DNA of 64,000 bases from Bacteroidota bacterium (GCA_013287475.1 JABDDT010000007.1:6110-70109), one strand, 5' to 3'. Positions 1-10,871 are shown, counted from the stretch's first letter. A program made the numbers and translations. The notes: generated by a model from the sequence alone, not told the origin.

Positions 1-336
1 CCGTTGGTGTTCTATTTTCTGAACTTCAGAAATATGCCTTGCGTCATAGCTTAATTTATCCTGTAAAGACATAAATACTTTACGTTCATCTGCCTGGAGT
101 ACTTTCGTATCAACCCCATTTATAGCTTTTAATAATGAACCCGCTTTATCTGATGCTGCAATGGCATCAGAATTTACGAGGGCATTTTTAAGATCGTAGT
201 ACAATATAAGCAGCTTGGAAAGCGGAGACTGTATGGAGCTGTCATAGGATGAGACCTCTACCATATCAGATTTGAATGATTTTGCAGAGACTGAAAGGGA
301 AACGATACTTAATAATAGTATAATTGAAAGTTTCAT
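1..336 (-). CDS. DUF3347-like exported protein (metal-handling loci), runs off the window edge
   Basis: Hand translation from ATG at 336: MKLSIILLLSIVSLSVSAK...LLILYYDLKNALVNSDAIAA...DARHISEVQKIEHQR. Signal peptide plus Y-x-x-LKNALV motif; divergent from the chromate genes. Not in the ORF track. Confidence 0.65.
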   Translation of the reverse strand, partial: MKLSIILLLSIVSLSVSAKSFKSDMVEVSSYDSSIQSPLSKLLILYYDLKNALVNSDAIAASDKAGSLLKAINGVDTKVLQADERKVFMSLQDKLSYDARHISEVQKIEHQR

Positions 337-490
337 TTTAGATAGTATTGGAGTACATAAATAAAAAATGGGAATAACACGTGTGCCATTCAAAAATTAA
401 AAATGACATCTAAATCATATCAAAAATACACAGTAAGAAATTAAAACGGGTACAGGAATCATTGATTCCGCTTAGTCTTATCTTTAATTC

Positions 491-1330
491 ATGAAATGGA
501 TTACCCGGGAACGGCCCAAAATTGATCGTATTGCATGCCCCTGGCTGATTAAACGATTTATTGATGAAAAAGCCGAAATATTATATGTCCCTTTTGATCA
601 GGTTCTGAAGCAATCAAAGAAACTGGATGCCATTCCGTTCGATATTCCAGATGTAGAATTCACTCATTATGGAAAGGAATGCACATTTGATTATTTCATC
701 AGGAAATACAAAATTAAAGATAAGGCCGTTTTGGCTATCGCTCCAATAGTAAGAGGGGCTGACACCGATCACCACGAACTGGCAGCGCAATCAAATGGTC
801 TTTGGGCGATCTCAGCAGGCCTCAGTTATAATGTTAAAGACGATCAGGAATTATTGCTGCAGGGTATGGTATTGTACGATGCCCTTTATAGCTGGGCTAA
901 ATACCTCCAAAAAGTAAAACATACAGAGCAACCATTTGAGAATCTTCTGTTGGATGTTTTTAATAAATACCTGAGGGAAAAGCCAGGTTCAAAAAAGAAA
1001 ATTCCAGGATGGGCACAGGAGCTAAAAGAAATTATCCAGGATCATATTGATACGAACTTAAGTTTAAGAGAGATTTCCAAAAATCTTTCCATAAATCCAT
1101 CCTACCTGTCCAGAGAATTTTCTAAATACTTTGATGACTTGAGTTTTGGTGAATATATTCGAAAACATCGTATAGAAAAAGCAACGGAATTAATGCAATC
1201 ATCATCTTATTCGCTGACAGAAATTGCCTACCTGACCGGCTTTTCTGATCAAAGTCATTTTACCCGCATCTTCAAAAAACATACCGGCAAAAATCCATCT
1301 TCATACAGGAAAACTGTATTAAAAAAGTAA
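491..1330 (+). CDS. chrB: Chromate resistance protein ChrB domain fused to an AraC-type HTH
   Basis: N-terminal MKWITRERPKIDRIACPWLI...CTFD...IVRGADT...YDALYSW is ChrB-type. C-terminal SLTEIAYLTGFSDQSHFTRIFKK is the AraC signature. Confidence 0.9.
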   Translation: MKWITRERPKIDRIACPWLIKRFIDEKAEILYVPFDQVLKQSKKLDAIPFDIPDVEFTHYGKECTFDYFIRKYKIKDKAVLAIAPIVRGADTDHHELAAQSNGLWAISAGLSYNVKDDQELLLQGMVLYDALYSWAKYLQKVKHTEQPFENLLLDVFNKYLREKPGSKKKIPGWAQELKEIIQDHIDTNLSLREISKNLSINPSYLSREFSKYFDDLSFGEYIRKHRIEKATELMQSSSYSLTEIAYLTGFSDQSHFTRIFKKHTGKNPSSYRKTVLKK

Positions 1331-1393
1331 TACTTGTACAAATAGTCAGTTTCATACTATTTTCTGATATTCAGGTAAGGTAGGTTTGCGAAA

Positions 1394-2581
1394 ATGGATG
1401 AAAAAACAATTCACGAACAACCTGAATACAGCCTTCGGGAATTGGTTGGTTATTTTTTCAGATTAGGCTATAGCGGATTCGGAGGACCCGTAGCACTGGT
1501 TGGATATATGCACCGTGACCTGGTGGAGAAAAGAAAATGGATTTCTGAAGATGAATATAAAGAAGGTCTTGCATTAGCTCAATTAGCTCCTGGACCGCTC
1601 GCAGCGCAACTTGGGATTTATTTGGGATTTGTACATTACAGGATTTTAGGCGCTACTCTTACGGGGATGGCCTTCATTCTTCCCTCCTTTCTGATGGTTA
1701 TTGGTCTCGGAATTGCTTATAAATTGTATGGTGGGTTACCCTGGATGCAGGCAGTTTTTTATGGAGTTGGCGCTGCAGTAATAGGCATTATTTCACTGAG
1801 TGCATATAAACTTACATTAAAATCAATAGGTAGACTAAATATTAAAAGTATTCAGGCAAACTGGTTGCTCTGGGTTTTATTTTTTTTGGGATTTATAATG
1901 ACCGTACTTACTCAATCAGAGGAAATTTGGATTTTAATCGGGGCGGGGTTGACATATATGTTAGTTAAAAACCCACCGAAAGGACTTTTTATTACTAAGT
2001 CGCGGATGTCAATATTTCTATTTACAGGAATCGGTTTGTGGGATTACGATCCGGAGATATTGGGTAAGATTGGATTGTTTTTTCTGAAGGCAGGTGCATT
2101 TGTATTCGGGAGCGGGCTTGCAATCGTTCCATTTCTTCACAGCGGAGTCGTTAATAAAAACCACTGGCTCACAGAATCACAGTTTGTGGATGCTGTAGCG
2201 GTAGCTATGATCACACCCGGACCTGTCGTTATAACCGTTGGATTTATTGGATACCTCATTGCCGGTTTTCCCGGAGCGTCCATTGCAAGCCTTGCTACAT
2301 TCCTTCCATGTTATTTATTTACTGTAATACCAGCTCCATATTTTAATAAAATTGTCAAATATGGTTCAATTAAAGCATTTGTTGATGGCATAACCGCCGC
2401 GGTCGTCGGAGCGCTTATGGGATCTGTGATTGTTATTACCGCACACAGTATAAAAGATATCCCGACTTTTTTGATTTCACTTAGCAGTTTGCTAATACTC
2501 GTTTATATAAAAAAAATAAAGGAACCGGTAATAATACTTCTCGCTGCAACCATTGGTATCATAATAAAACTAATCATATGA
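1394..2581 (+). CDS. chrA: Chromate efflux transporter (CHR family)
   Basis: GFGGP, LAQLAPGP, FGSG and AMITPGP motifs in two homologous membrane halves. Confidence 0.95.
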   Translation: MDEKTIHEQPEYSLRELVGYFFRLGYSGFGGPVALVGYMHRDLVEKRKWISEDEYKEGLALAQLAPGPLAAQLGIYLGFVHYRILGATLTGMAFILPSFLMVIGLGIAYKLYGGLPWMQAVFYGVGAAVIGIISLSAYKLTLKSIGRLNIKSIQANWLLWVLFFLGFIMTVLTQSEEIWILIGAGLTYMLVKNPPKGLFITKSRMSIFLFTGIGLWDYDPEILGKIGLFFLKAGAFVFGSGLAIVPFLHSGVVNKNHWLTESQFVDAVAVAMITPGPVVITVGFIGYLIAGFPGASIASLATFLPCYLFTVIPAPYFNKIVKYGSIKAFVDGITAAVVGALMGSVIVITAHSIKDIPTFLISLSSLLILVYIKKIKEPVIILLAATIGIIIKLII

Positions 2582-3444
2582 AAATTAAATGCGCACTACT
2601 TTCATTTTTTCTATTGTCACATAGTTTATTCAGCAAAGCCCAGGTTGATTCAACAGGCCTGGACAATGTATTTGGGAAAAAAGGAACCGTTCAGGGAATG
2701 GTATACAGGATTACCTATCCCAGAGCAGATTTGAAAGTTAAAATAAATGAATTTTCAGTTTCGCCGGGCCTTGCACTGACATCCTGGATCGGCATCTTAT
2801 TTATGGGTAGTGAATCCATGATGATGGGAGATTTAGTGCTCCAGGATACAGAAGAAGCTGTCGCTGTTTCAAAACTGGTTTCTGCGGGTTTATCCATTAC
2901 CGCCATACACAATCATTTGACGAATGAAAAACCGGCTATTAAATATATTCACTTTTCGGGCAGTGGCGATCCCTTAAAATTGGCTGCATCCATTAAATCT
3001 GTTCTGGCGATAACTGGTACGCCACTTACTGCACCGGGAGCACAACAAACCATGGCTTCCACGGATTGGTCAAAAGTAGAAGCCATTCTCGGGAAAACCG
3101 GGAAGCATAATGGCATAATATTATCGTATAGTTTTCCACGAAAAGAAAAACTGATGGAAAGCGGAATGGAAATGCCTCCATCCATTGGAATGACCACCGG
3201 GATTAATTTCCAAATGGATGGATATAACGCAGGCATTACAGGAGATTTTGTTTTGCTGGCCAATGAAGTGAACCCTGTAGTAAAAGCACTTACTGAAAAT
3301 GGGATCACTGTTACCGCGATCCATAATCATATGCTATATGACGATCCGCGCTTATTCATGATGCATTTCTGGGCAGTCGGCAACCCCGAAAAATTAGCCG
3401 CTGGTTTAAAAGCAGCATTGGAAAAAACCAATTCAAAGATGTAG
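2578..3444 (+). CDS. DUF1259 (LppY/LpqO-like) exported protein
   Basis: Signal peptide; two repeated halves, each with GD(L/F)VL...TAIHNH; start overlaps the chrA stop. Confidence 0.8.
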   Translation: MKIKCALLSFFLLSHSLFSKAQVDSTGLDNVFGKKGTVQGMVYRITYPRADLKVKINEFSVSPGLALTSWIGILFMGSESMMMGDLVLQDTEEAVAVSKLVSAGLSITAIHNHLTNEKPAIKYIHFSGSGDPLKLAASIKSVLAITGTPLTAPGAQQTMASTDWSKVEAILGKTGKHNGIILSYSFPRKEKLMESGMEMPPSIGMTTGINFQMDGYNAGITGDFVLLANEVNPVVKALTENGITVTAIHNHMLYDDPRLFMMHFWAVGNPEKLAAGLKAALEKTNSKM

Positions 3445-3503
3445 TATCCTGCTTCATTTCATTTACCATATTCCAATTACACTGTCATGAATGCGAGCTT
3501 TCT

Positions 3504-3602
3504 AAGGAGCAACTTGAAAATGGTATAAAAATTTACGACGCTCTTTACAGCTGGACTAAATATGCAAAAGAAGAGAAGCATACATGGCAATCATCCAACT
3601 AA
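3504..3602 (+). pseudogene. 3' remnant of a stand-alone chrB gene
   Basis: Translates KEQLENGIKIYDALYSWTKYAKEEKHTWQSSN*, matching ELLLQGMVLYDALYSWAKYLQKVKHTEQ in 491..1330; no nearby in-frame ATG. Confidence 0.7.
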
Positions 3603-3818
3603 TTATAAAAAAAACAGATATTCACTCCATCGCGTTTTTGTTGTCTCATTCTTTCCACATCAATATTTTTCGCTAAAGTTTGTTACGCACAAACGTATTC
3701 TGACAAATTGCTTCACCTGAATGACGCCCTTTAAACAACGGAAATTAAAGCCAGGCACTAATGTGTTTGTCAAATAATTCCAAATTTCTTCAGAATCCTG
3801 ATGTAACCTTGCAATTCT

Positions 3819-6305
3819 ATGAAAATTTGTGTTTGTATTTTATCACTGATTTTTCTGTTTATGCGCTGCTGGTCTCAGGACGAAAGAAAAGTCTCAAATC
3901 CGGGAAGCATCAAGGGAACAGTAATTGATTCGAGTTCGAGGGCGACCATTGGATATGCTACAGTTACGGTGTATTTGAATAATAACATAAAGCCTGCAAG
4001 TGGTGGTTCAACTGACGACAAAGGATATTTTTACATCGACAATCTTTCTCCCGGCAATTACAATGTCGTAATTGAATTTATCGGGTATCGTGCGAAAACG
4101 CTACGTAATATTATTTTAGCCACCAAAGTTTCAACAGTGAGTTTAGGAAATATCCAGCTGGCTTCAAAGGTAAATGCCCTTGCAGCAGTGACTGTAACTG
4201 GCCAAAAACCACTGGTTGAAAATAAAATTGACAAACTGGTTTATAATGCAGAAAACGATATTACCTCTCAAACAGGAGTGGCAACCGATATCCTAAAGAA
4301 AGTACCGCAAATATCAGTAGATGTAGATGGGAATGTAGAACTTCAGGGCAGTACAGACATCCGTTTTCTGATCAATGGAAAGCCTTCCACCATTTTCGGA
4401 AGCAATATTACGGACGTCTTACAATCCATTCCGGCCAATCAGATAAAGAGTATTGAGGTGATCACCAACCCCGGCGCAAAATATGATGCACAGGGTACAG
4501 GAGGTATCATTAATATTATACTAAAACGTAACACGCTTCAGGGAATTAACGGAGACCTTTCATTGACTGTGGGGACGATCGTGCAAAACGGTTCCATCAA
4601 TGCAAATGCGCGAAAGGGAAAATTTGGCTTGAACTTATTCATGAATGGTAATGCCAGACTCACAACAACCTCTGTAAATAGTTTTCAACGTGTATCAACA
4701 GACACAACATCGAAAACTAATTATTTGCTGCAACAGGACGGAAGCACTGATTTTAACCGGCATGGATTTCAGTCAGGAATTGGATTTGACTGGGCCGCGA
4801 GCGACAGGAACAATTTCTCCGGTGCCCTGAACTATCACAATTTCGGTAACAAGTCAACCGGATTCATTAATCAGTTGGAACAAACCCGCGATGATGCCGG
4901 AGGGGTTTTTTCATCTATCATTTCGACTATTAATACAAATAGTGCTTTCAGACAATATAGTTTTGATCCAAGTCTTAATTTCAAACACAATTTTATAAAT
5001 AAGGATCAGCAATTTGAAATTAGTATGGATGGAAGCTTTGCCCATAATTTAATTACTTCTGGAAGTGATCAGTATTTACAGCCACAGGACTCTTTAGATT
5101 ATGGTACAAGAAACAACAATCCTGCTAAAGAGAGTGAGTACGAAATCATGATGGACTACGTGCAGCCTTTAAGCAAGGACATAAATTTTGGAGTAGGTGG
5201 GAAATTCAGTGGATATGATATCTCCAGCATTGCGGACGCGTTGCTTTGGGATTCTTACGCTAATAATTATCTGTACGATTCTTCCTTATCGAATAACCTA
5301 AGCTACCATCAAAAAGTTTATGCAACTTATGCCGAATTAAATTTTCCTGTCGGCAACCTGTTTGATGCCAGGCTTGGCGGACGTTATGAAAGAACCCAGG
5401 TGAATTCGTTCTATGCAAACTCACAACAGAAAGTAGTAGAAGGGTATAACACATTTGTTCCCTCAATCTTCCTCATGAAAAAAATTGGTGAAAACCAAAC
5501 ATTCAAGTTGAGTTATACAATAAGAATTAACCGCCCCGATTATTCGGACTTAAACCCCTATATCAACGCCAGTGATCCAAAAAATGTAACCACCGGCAAT
5601 CCTAATTTAAAGCCCGAAGTTTGGGATCGTTTTGAAGCATCCTACAACAATGATCTGGGTAGAACAGGATCATTTATGATTACTTTGTTTTACCGGATTA
5701 GTAATGATGATATACAGCCCTTTATAGTTTACTATCCTTCTCTTACTGTTGGCGACACGACATACACCAATGTAGCCGTAACCACACGTGAGAACGTTGG
5801 AATTGAAAAAAACGCAGGCACTAATCTTTTCTTTAATTTCCACTTAAATGAAAAATTTAATGTACGAACCAATTTTATGTTTTTCTATAGGTATACGATC
5901 AATCAGGTGGACACCGGATACAATTCCAGCGGAACCATATATCGTTTCAACGTCAATGCCTCTTATCAATTTACCAGTAATTTCGCTGCGGAATTTTTTG
6001 GAAATTTCAGTTCACCCCATCACGAAGCACAGGGGACTTACCCCTCATATACTTCCTATAGTTTAGCGCTTAGGAAACAGTTTTGGAATAAGAAAGGTAG
6101 TATTGCCCTGACAGCCAATAATATTTTCTCCAAATATGTGAATCAGCGAACTGATCTTTATGGTCCGGGCTTTGTGAGCAGTAATCTTCGCGAAATCCCT
6201 TACCGGTCGTTAGGCATCAACTTCACCTGGAAATTTGGAAAAATGGAATTGAAAAAAGAGAAATTGGAAGAAAATAACATCGATCTTAACGGTCCGCAAC
6301 AATAG
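3819..6305 (+). CDS. TonB-dependent receptor / outer-membrane beta-barrel protein
   Basis: Signal peptide, N-terminal carboxypeptidase-regulatory-like domain, plug motif IKSIEVITNPGAKYDAQGTGGIINIIL, barrel ending GINFTWKFG. Confidence 0.9.
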   Translation: MKICVCILSLIFLFMRCWSQDERKVSNPGSIKGTVIDSSSRATIGYATVTVYLNNNIKPASGGSTDDKGYFYIDNLSPGNYNVVIEFIGYRAKTLRNIILATKVSTVSLGNIQLASKVNALAAVTVTGQKPLVENKIDKLVYNAENDITSQTGVATDILKKVPQISVDVDGNVELQGSTDIRFLINGKPSTIFGSNITDVLQSIPANQIKSIEVITNPGAKYDAQGTGGIINIILKRNTLQGINGDLSLTVGTIVQNGSINANARKGKFGLNLFMNGNARLTTTSVNSFQRVSTDTTSKTNYLLQQDGSTDFNRHGFQSGIGFDWAASDRNNFSGALNYHNFGNKSTGFINQLEQTRDDAGGVFSSIISTINTNSAFRQYSFDPSLNFKHNFINKDQQFEISMDGSFAHNLITSGSDQYLQPQDSLDYGTRNNNPAKESEYEIMMDYVQPLSKDINFGVGGKFSGYDISSIADALLWDSYANNYLYDSSLSNNLSYHQKVYATYAELNFPVGNLFDARLGGRYERTQVNSFYANSQQKVVEGYNTFVPSIFLMKKIGENQTFKLSYTIRINRPDYSDLNPYINASDPKNVTTGNPNLKPEVWDRFEASYNNDLGRTGSFMITLFYRISNDDIQPFIVYYPSLTVGDTTYTNVAVTTRENVGIEKNAGTNLFFNFHLNEKFNVRTNFMFFYRYTINQVDTGYNSSGTIYRFNVNASYQFTSNFAAEFFGNFSSPHHEAQGTYPSYTSYSLALRKQFWNKKGSIALTANNIFSKYVNQRTDLYGPGFVSSNLREIPYRSLGINFTWKFGKMELKKEKLEENNIDLNGPQQ

Positions 6306-6323
6306 ATTGTATGTTTCAAACAG

Positions 6324-6344
6324 GCTGAGGTGGGTCACCTCAGC
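6324..6344. terminator. Hairpin between convergent genes
   Basis: gctgaggtg-ggt-cacctcagc, a 9-bp perfect stem 18 nt after the receptor stop; no clear U tail. Confidence 0.4.
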
Positions 6345-6478
6345 ATAAGAATCAGGATAAAACAATTTATGTGGATAATGGCAGCCATGAAAAGGATTAT
6401 CAGGACAATCATGATGAGCCAATGAGAAAAAGGTTACTCTTGTTATGAGGAGGGAAATACTCATTAAGTAGCAATAAT

Positions 6479-6961
6479 TCATTCGGCTTTTTTTACTTCC
6501 ACTAATTCCTGTTCCATCTCTTTTTTGATGGAATGCTCCTCGTGAACTTCGTCAATAGAATGTGACTGTTGCAGGCTATCCTGTTTTTTGGCAAATTCAC
6601 CCAGCCTGGAGTAATATTTTTGAATGATCATTAATTCTTCTTCTGTCATTCCCTCCACATTGACTAACCGGTTACTTGCTTTTTCATTGGCCGCTACCAG
6701 TTCATTCAATTTTAATTGTATGGACAGTGAATCTTTATTTTGGGATTTCAGGATCAAAAAAACCATAAGTATCGTGATGACACTGGAAGCGATTTCAATG
6801 ACCATCTGCCATCGCGAAGAAAAATTCAGAAAAAAACCGGAAATACCCCAGCAAATCACCAGGATTAAAATAATGAGTACGGTACTTGTTTTCCCCGCGA
6901 AAAGGACAATACCGGATGTTGCATTCTCAATAGCATGCGAGAAATTAGATCGTTGGGGCAT
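6479..6961 (-). CDS. Low-affinity iron permease family (Fet4-like) membrane protein
   Basis: FSSRWQMVI...ITILMVFLI...QNKDSLSIQLKLNELVAA motif. Confidence 0.85.
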   Translation of the reverse strand: MPQRSNFSHAIENATSGIVLFAGKTSTVLIILILVICWGISGFFLNFSSRWQMVIEIASSVITILMVFLILKSQNKDSLSIQLKLNELVAANEKASNRLVNVEGMTEEELMIIQKYYSRLGEFAKKQDSLQQSHSIDEVHEEHSIKKEMEQELVEVKKAE

Positions 6962-7202
6962 ATTTTATAGGAGGCAATTCATATGCCGTATTCTCTGGTT
7001 TAACATTTGATATTTTCCAGAGACAGTAAAAATACGGGGGAGATGTAAATATTAATTACCAAGTTTAAATAAATTGTAGTATCTTTTATGGCATTTATAG
7101 CATCAACCTTGATCTTAGAAAAAATTACTTTTCGAAAAGTAATTTGATTCTCCTCATTTTTTAAGACTAAAAGGTTTCATAATCATCTAAAATTTCTCGC
7201 TC

Positions 7203-10200
7203 ATGGATTCAGGTGAACTTCACGCGGGAAAAGCATTCCCAATAGTTCGGGATCAAAATCTTAATTTATCCTCAACAGAAAACAGCAGGGTAAAAACACT
7301 TTCCAAAAACCTGTTTCCGGTCGTGGGGATAGGCGCATCTGCTGGTGGTCTGGAATCATTTAAGAAACTTGTAAAAGCCATTCCGAAAGAGTCGGGTATG
7401 GCGTATATATTGGTTCAGCATTTACACCCGGATCACAGTAGCTCCCTCCCTGAAATATTACAAAGGGAATCCAGCATTCCGGTTCAGGAGATCATGAACA
7501 ATATGGAGGTAATGCCCGATAATATATATATTATTCCGGCCAATAAAATGCTGGTCGCCAATGATGGCATTCTTCAAATCTCCCCCAGGCCCTCAAAAGA
7601 TCAAAAAAATATGCCCATTGATGTTTTCTTTTCATCGCTTGCGGATGTACATCAGAGTCATGCAATAGGAATCGTACTGTCTGGTTCCGGAATAGATGGT
7701 ACGATTGGCTTAAAAAATATAAAGGCACACGGGGGAATAACTTTTGCCCAGGACCCTGACAGTGCCGCTTATGATGCGATGCCATCGAGCGCCATTCATG
7801 CAGAAGTGGTGGATTTTATTTTAACACCGGAAAAGATGCCACTCCAGTTGCTTGAACTAAACCGCAAATTTAGTCTGCTACCTTCTGAAGATATTGAAAC
7901 CAATGCCAAGTTAATAGAAAATGAAAGTTTTAATAATATACTTACCCTTCTCAGAACCCGGAATGGGGTTGATTTTACATACTACAAGCAAACCACCATC
8001 CGCAGGCGTATTCTCCGCCGCCTGGCAATTCTTAACCTGGATAAGGTGATGGATTATTTTGAGTTTTTAAAACAAGATAAAACGGAGCGGGATATTCTCT
8101 TTAATGATCTCCTGATCCCGGTTACTTCTTTTTTTCGGGATCCGAAAACCTTTGAGCATTTGAGAAACGCCATTTTTCCGGAACTTATAAAGAATAAATC
8201 TCTGGGCAAACCATTGCGCATTTGGGTAGCAGGTTGCTCAACAGGTGAAGAAGCATATTCTATAGGGATATGTCTGCATGAATATTTAATTGATAAAGTT
8301 TCTACCATTAAAATACAAATATTCGCGACTGATACATCAGAGAAATCAATAACCAAAGCAAGGTTTGGACTATACAGTGCCCGTGATTTAGAAGGTGTTT
8401 CGGAGCAGCGGCGTCAACAATACTTTATCAAAACAACCGGAGGTTACCAGGTAAAGAAAACCATCAGGGATATGTGCGTGTTTGCCCGGCATAATTTCTT
8501 AAAAGACCCACCCTTTGCAAAAATGGATTTTCTGAGCTGCAGGAATGTACTGATTTACCTGGAACCCTTCCTTCAAAAAAAAGCTTTTAATACATTTCAT
8601 TATGCCCTGAATGAGGAGGGGTATTTATTGCTTGGAAATTCCGAAACCATTGGCAGCGCTTCTGATCTTTTTCTTCTTTTTGAAAAGAAGGAAAAATTGT
8701 ACACAAGAAAGGCGCTTCCAGGCAGGATGATGCATGTTACCACTGACCGGAGTGAAGAGGCGTTTAAGGACAAAGACTATGGACTGCGAAGCAATGAAAG
8801 AAAAAAAGATGATTATCAAAAAAAAGCAGATGAAATTCTGCTTTCAAAATATACTCCTGCGGGTGTAATCGTAAATGACCAGCTGGATATTGTCCAATTC
8901 AGGGGATCGACCGGAGAATTCCTGGAAGCACCTCCGGGAAAGGCGAGTTTAAATGTGCTGAAAATGGCCCGTGAAGGATTGTCCTTTGAACTTCGCAGTG
9001 CACTGCATAAATCAAAAATTTCCAAAGAAGTTCAACGCAAGGAAGCCATTTCTGTGAATAATGGAAAAGTACTGGTCACGATTGATGTCATACCATTGCT
9101 CCATAATATTGAGCCCTATTTCCTGATTCTTTTTAGCCATTCGCTAAACACCCAGAAATTAACGGATTCCAAAGCTCAATCTTTTAAGAGTATTCAAACC
9201 GAATTGGATATTCGCAACAGGGAATTGGAAAGCGAACTTACCCGGGTCAGGGAAGACATGAGAACTATCAGTGAGGATCAGGAAGCCGCCAATGAGGAAC
9301 TGCAGAGTGCTAACGAAGAATTGCTCAGTGGGAGTGAAGAATTGCAAAGCCTGAACGAGGAACTGGAAACGAGTAAGGAAGAATTGCAGAGCACCAATGA
9401 AGAATTGATTACAGTAAATCAGGAGCTATTTGACCGTAATGAACAACTGAATCAGGCCAGATTATACGCCGAAGCCATCGTTACGACCATACACGAGCCT
9501 CTGTTAATTCTTAGCCAGGATTTCAGGATAGTCAGTGCAAATAAGTCATTTTACAAAGTTTTTTCATTAACAGAGGAAGAGTCAACCGGAAAAATATTGT
9601 TTGAACTGCAAAATAAGGGATGGGAAATCCCTGGGTTCCGCAGTCAGTTGATAAATATTCAAACAACAAAAGAAGAGTTTTTGGAATGGGAAATTACGTA
9701 TACATTTCCTTCGATAGGAAAACATACCATTTGTTTAAATGCACAACCCATAAAAAGAGAAAATGGGGAGGATTGGATATTACTTGCCTTCAATGATATT
9801 ACTTTATGGAAGGATAAAGAAAGGGCGGAAAAAAAGAACGTAGATGATATAAAGAAGATACTGGAAACCTTACCGCAAATGACTTTAACCGTTTCACCGG
9901 ATGGAGCCATAACTTATTTTAACCAGTTTTCTCTTGAATATTTAGGGATGTCCCTGCCGGAAGCACTCAGTTGTAACTGGCAAACCATCATAGCCCCCGA
10001 GACCCTTACCCGGGTTATAACGACCTGGCGCGATGCAGTGGCGGCAGAACAGGATTTTAATATGGAATTCCAGATCAAACGAACATATGATGATATGTAC
10101 CGGTGGCATTTATGTCGTGCATCAGCTATAAGAAATGAAGAAGGCACCATTAACTCCTGGGTAGGTGCCGCAATAGATATTCATGATCAGAAAACCAAAG

Positions 10201-10868
10201 AACAGGTAAAGGATGAATTTATAAATATTGCCAGTCACGAACTAAAAACTCCGCTTACAACCGCCAAGGCTTATATAGATCTGGCGCAGCTGAAAATGGG
10301 AAAATCAAACAATGAAAATCTTCTCTATGTGCAAAAAGCCGGTGAATCGATCAACAGGCTCAATGACCTTATCGGAGAATTGCTCGACGTCAGTAAAATC
10401 AAAAATGGAAAACTTGACCTGCTAATTTCAACATTTGATTTTAATGAAATGATCACTTCCACTATCGAAGGTGTTCAATTAATATCGCCCCACCATAAAA
10501 TAATGTTGACTGGTGAAATAAATGAACCTGTAACTGCCGATAGGGAAAGGTTGCAACAGGTTTTTTTAAATTTATTAACCAATTCCGTTAAGTATTCACC
10601 TAACACGGATAAAGTGTTTGTAAACATCATTAATGAGAACTCGGAAATAAAAGTTTCTGTTACGGATAACGGGATTGGCATACGAAAGGAGAACATCAAC
10701 AAAATATTTACGATGTATTACCGGGAAGAGGGGCGTGCGATGCATTTCCAGGGGATGGGAATCGGGTTGTCAATATCCCAGGAAATTATTCAACGACATA
10801 AAGGCAGAATATGGGTCGAAAGCGAAGCAGATAAAGGAAGCACATTTTCATTTACCATTCCAATATAA
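7203..10868 (+). CDS. CheB methylesterase-CheR methyltransferase-PAS-histidine kinase fusion
   Basis: GASAGG / VQHL / SGSGIDG (CheB triad); VTSFFRD and WVAGCSTGEEAYS (CheR); ANEELQS coiled coil; PAS domains; ASHELKTPL H-box; GMGIGL G-box. Confidence 0.95.
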   Translation: MDSGELHAGKAFPIVRDQNLNLSSTENSRVKTLSKNLFPVVGIGASAGGLESFKKLVKAIPKESGMAYILVQHLHPDHSSSLPEILQRESSIPVQEIMNNMEVMPDNIYIIPANKMLVANDGILQISPRPSKDQKNMPIDVFFSSLADVHQSHAIGIVLSGSGIDGTIGLKNIKAHGGITFAQDPDSAAYDAMPSSAIHAEVVDFILTPEKMPLQLLELNRKFSLLPSEDIETNAKLIENESFNNILTLLRTRNGVDFTYYKQTTIRRRILRRLAILNLDKVMDYFEFLKQDKTERDILFNDLLIPVTSFFRDPKTFEHLRNAIFPELIKNKSLGKPLRIWVAGCSTGEEAYSIGICLHEYLIDKVSTIKIQIFATDTSEKSITKARFGLYSARDLEGVSEQRRQQYFIKTTGGYQVKKTIRDMCVFARHNFLKDPPFAKMDFLSCRNVLIYLEPFLQKKAFNTFHYALNEEGYLLLGNSETIGSASDLFLLFEKKEKLYTRKALPGRMMHVTTDRSEEAFKDKDYGLRSNERKKDDYQKKADEILLSKYTPAGVIVNDQLDIVQFRGSTGEFLEAPPGKASLNVLKMAREGLSFELRSALHKSKISKEVQRKEAISVNNGKVLVTIDVIPLLHNIEPYFLILFSHSLNTQKLTDSKAQSFKSIQTELDIRNRELESELTRVREDMRTISEDQEAANEELQSANEELLSGSEELQSLNEELETSKEELQSTNEELITVNQELFDRNEQLNQARLYAEAIVTTIHEPLLILSQDFRIVSANKSFYKVFSLTEEESTGKILFELQNKGWEIPGFRSQLINIQTTKEEFLEWEITYTFPSIGKHTICLNAQPIKRENGEDWILLAFNDITLWKDKERAEKKNVDDIKKILETLPQMTLTVSPDGAITYFNQFSLEYLGMSLPEALSCNWQTIIAPETLTRVITTWRDAVAAEQDFNMEFQIKRTYDDMYRWHLCRASAIRNEEGTINSWVGAAIDIHDQKTKEQVKDEFINIASHELKTPLTTAKAYIDLAQLKMGKSNNENLLYVQKAGESINRLNDLIGELLDVSKIKNGKLDLLISTFDFNEMITSTIEGVQLISPHHKIMLTGEINEPVTADRERLQQVFLNLLTNSVKYSPNTDKVFVNIINENSEIKVSVTDNGIGIRKENINKIFTMYYREEGRAMHFQGMGIGLSISQEIIQRHKGRIWVESEADKGSTFSFTIPI

Positions 10869-10871
10869 GCC

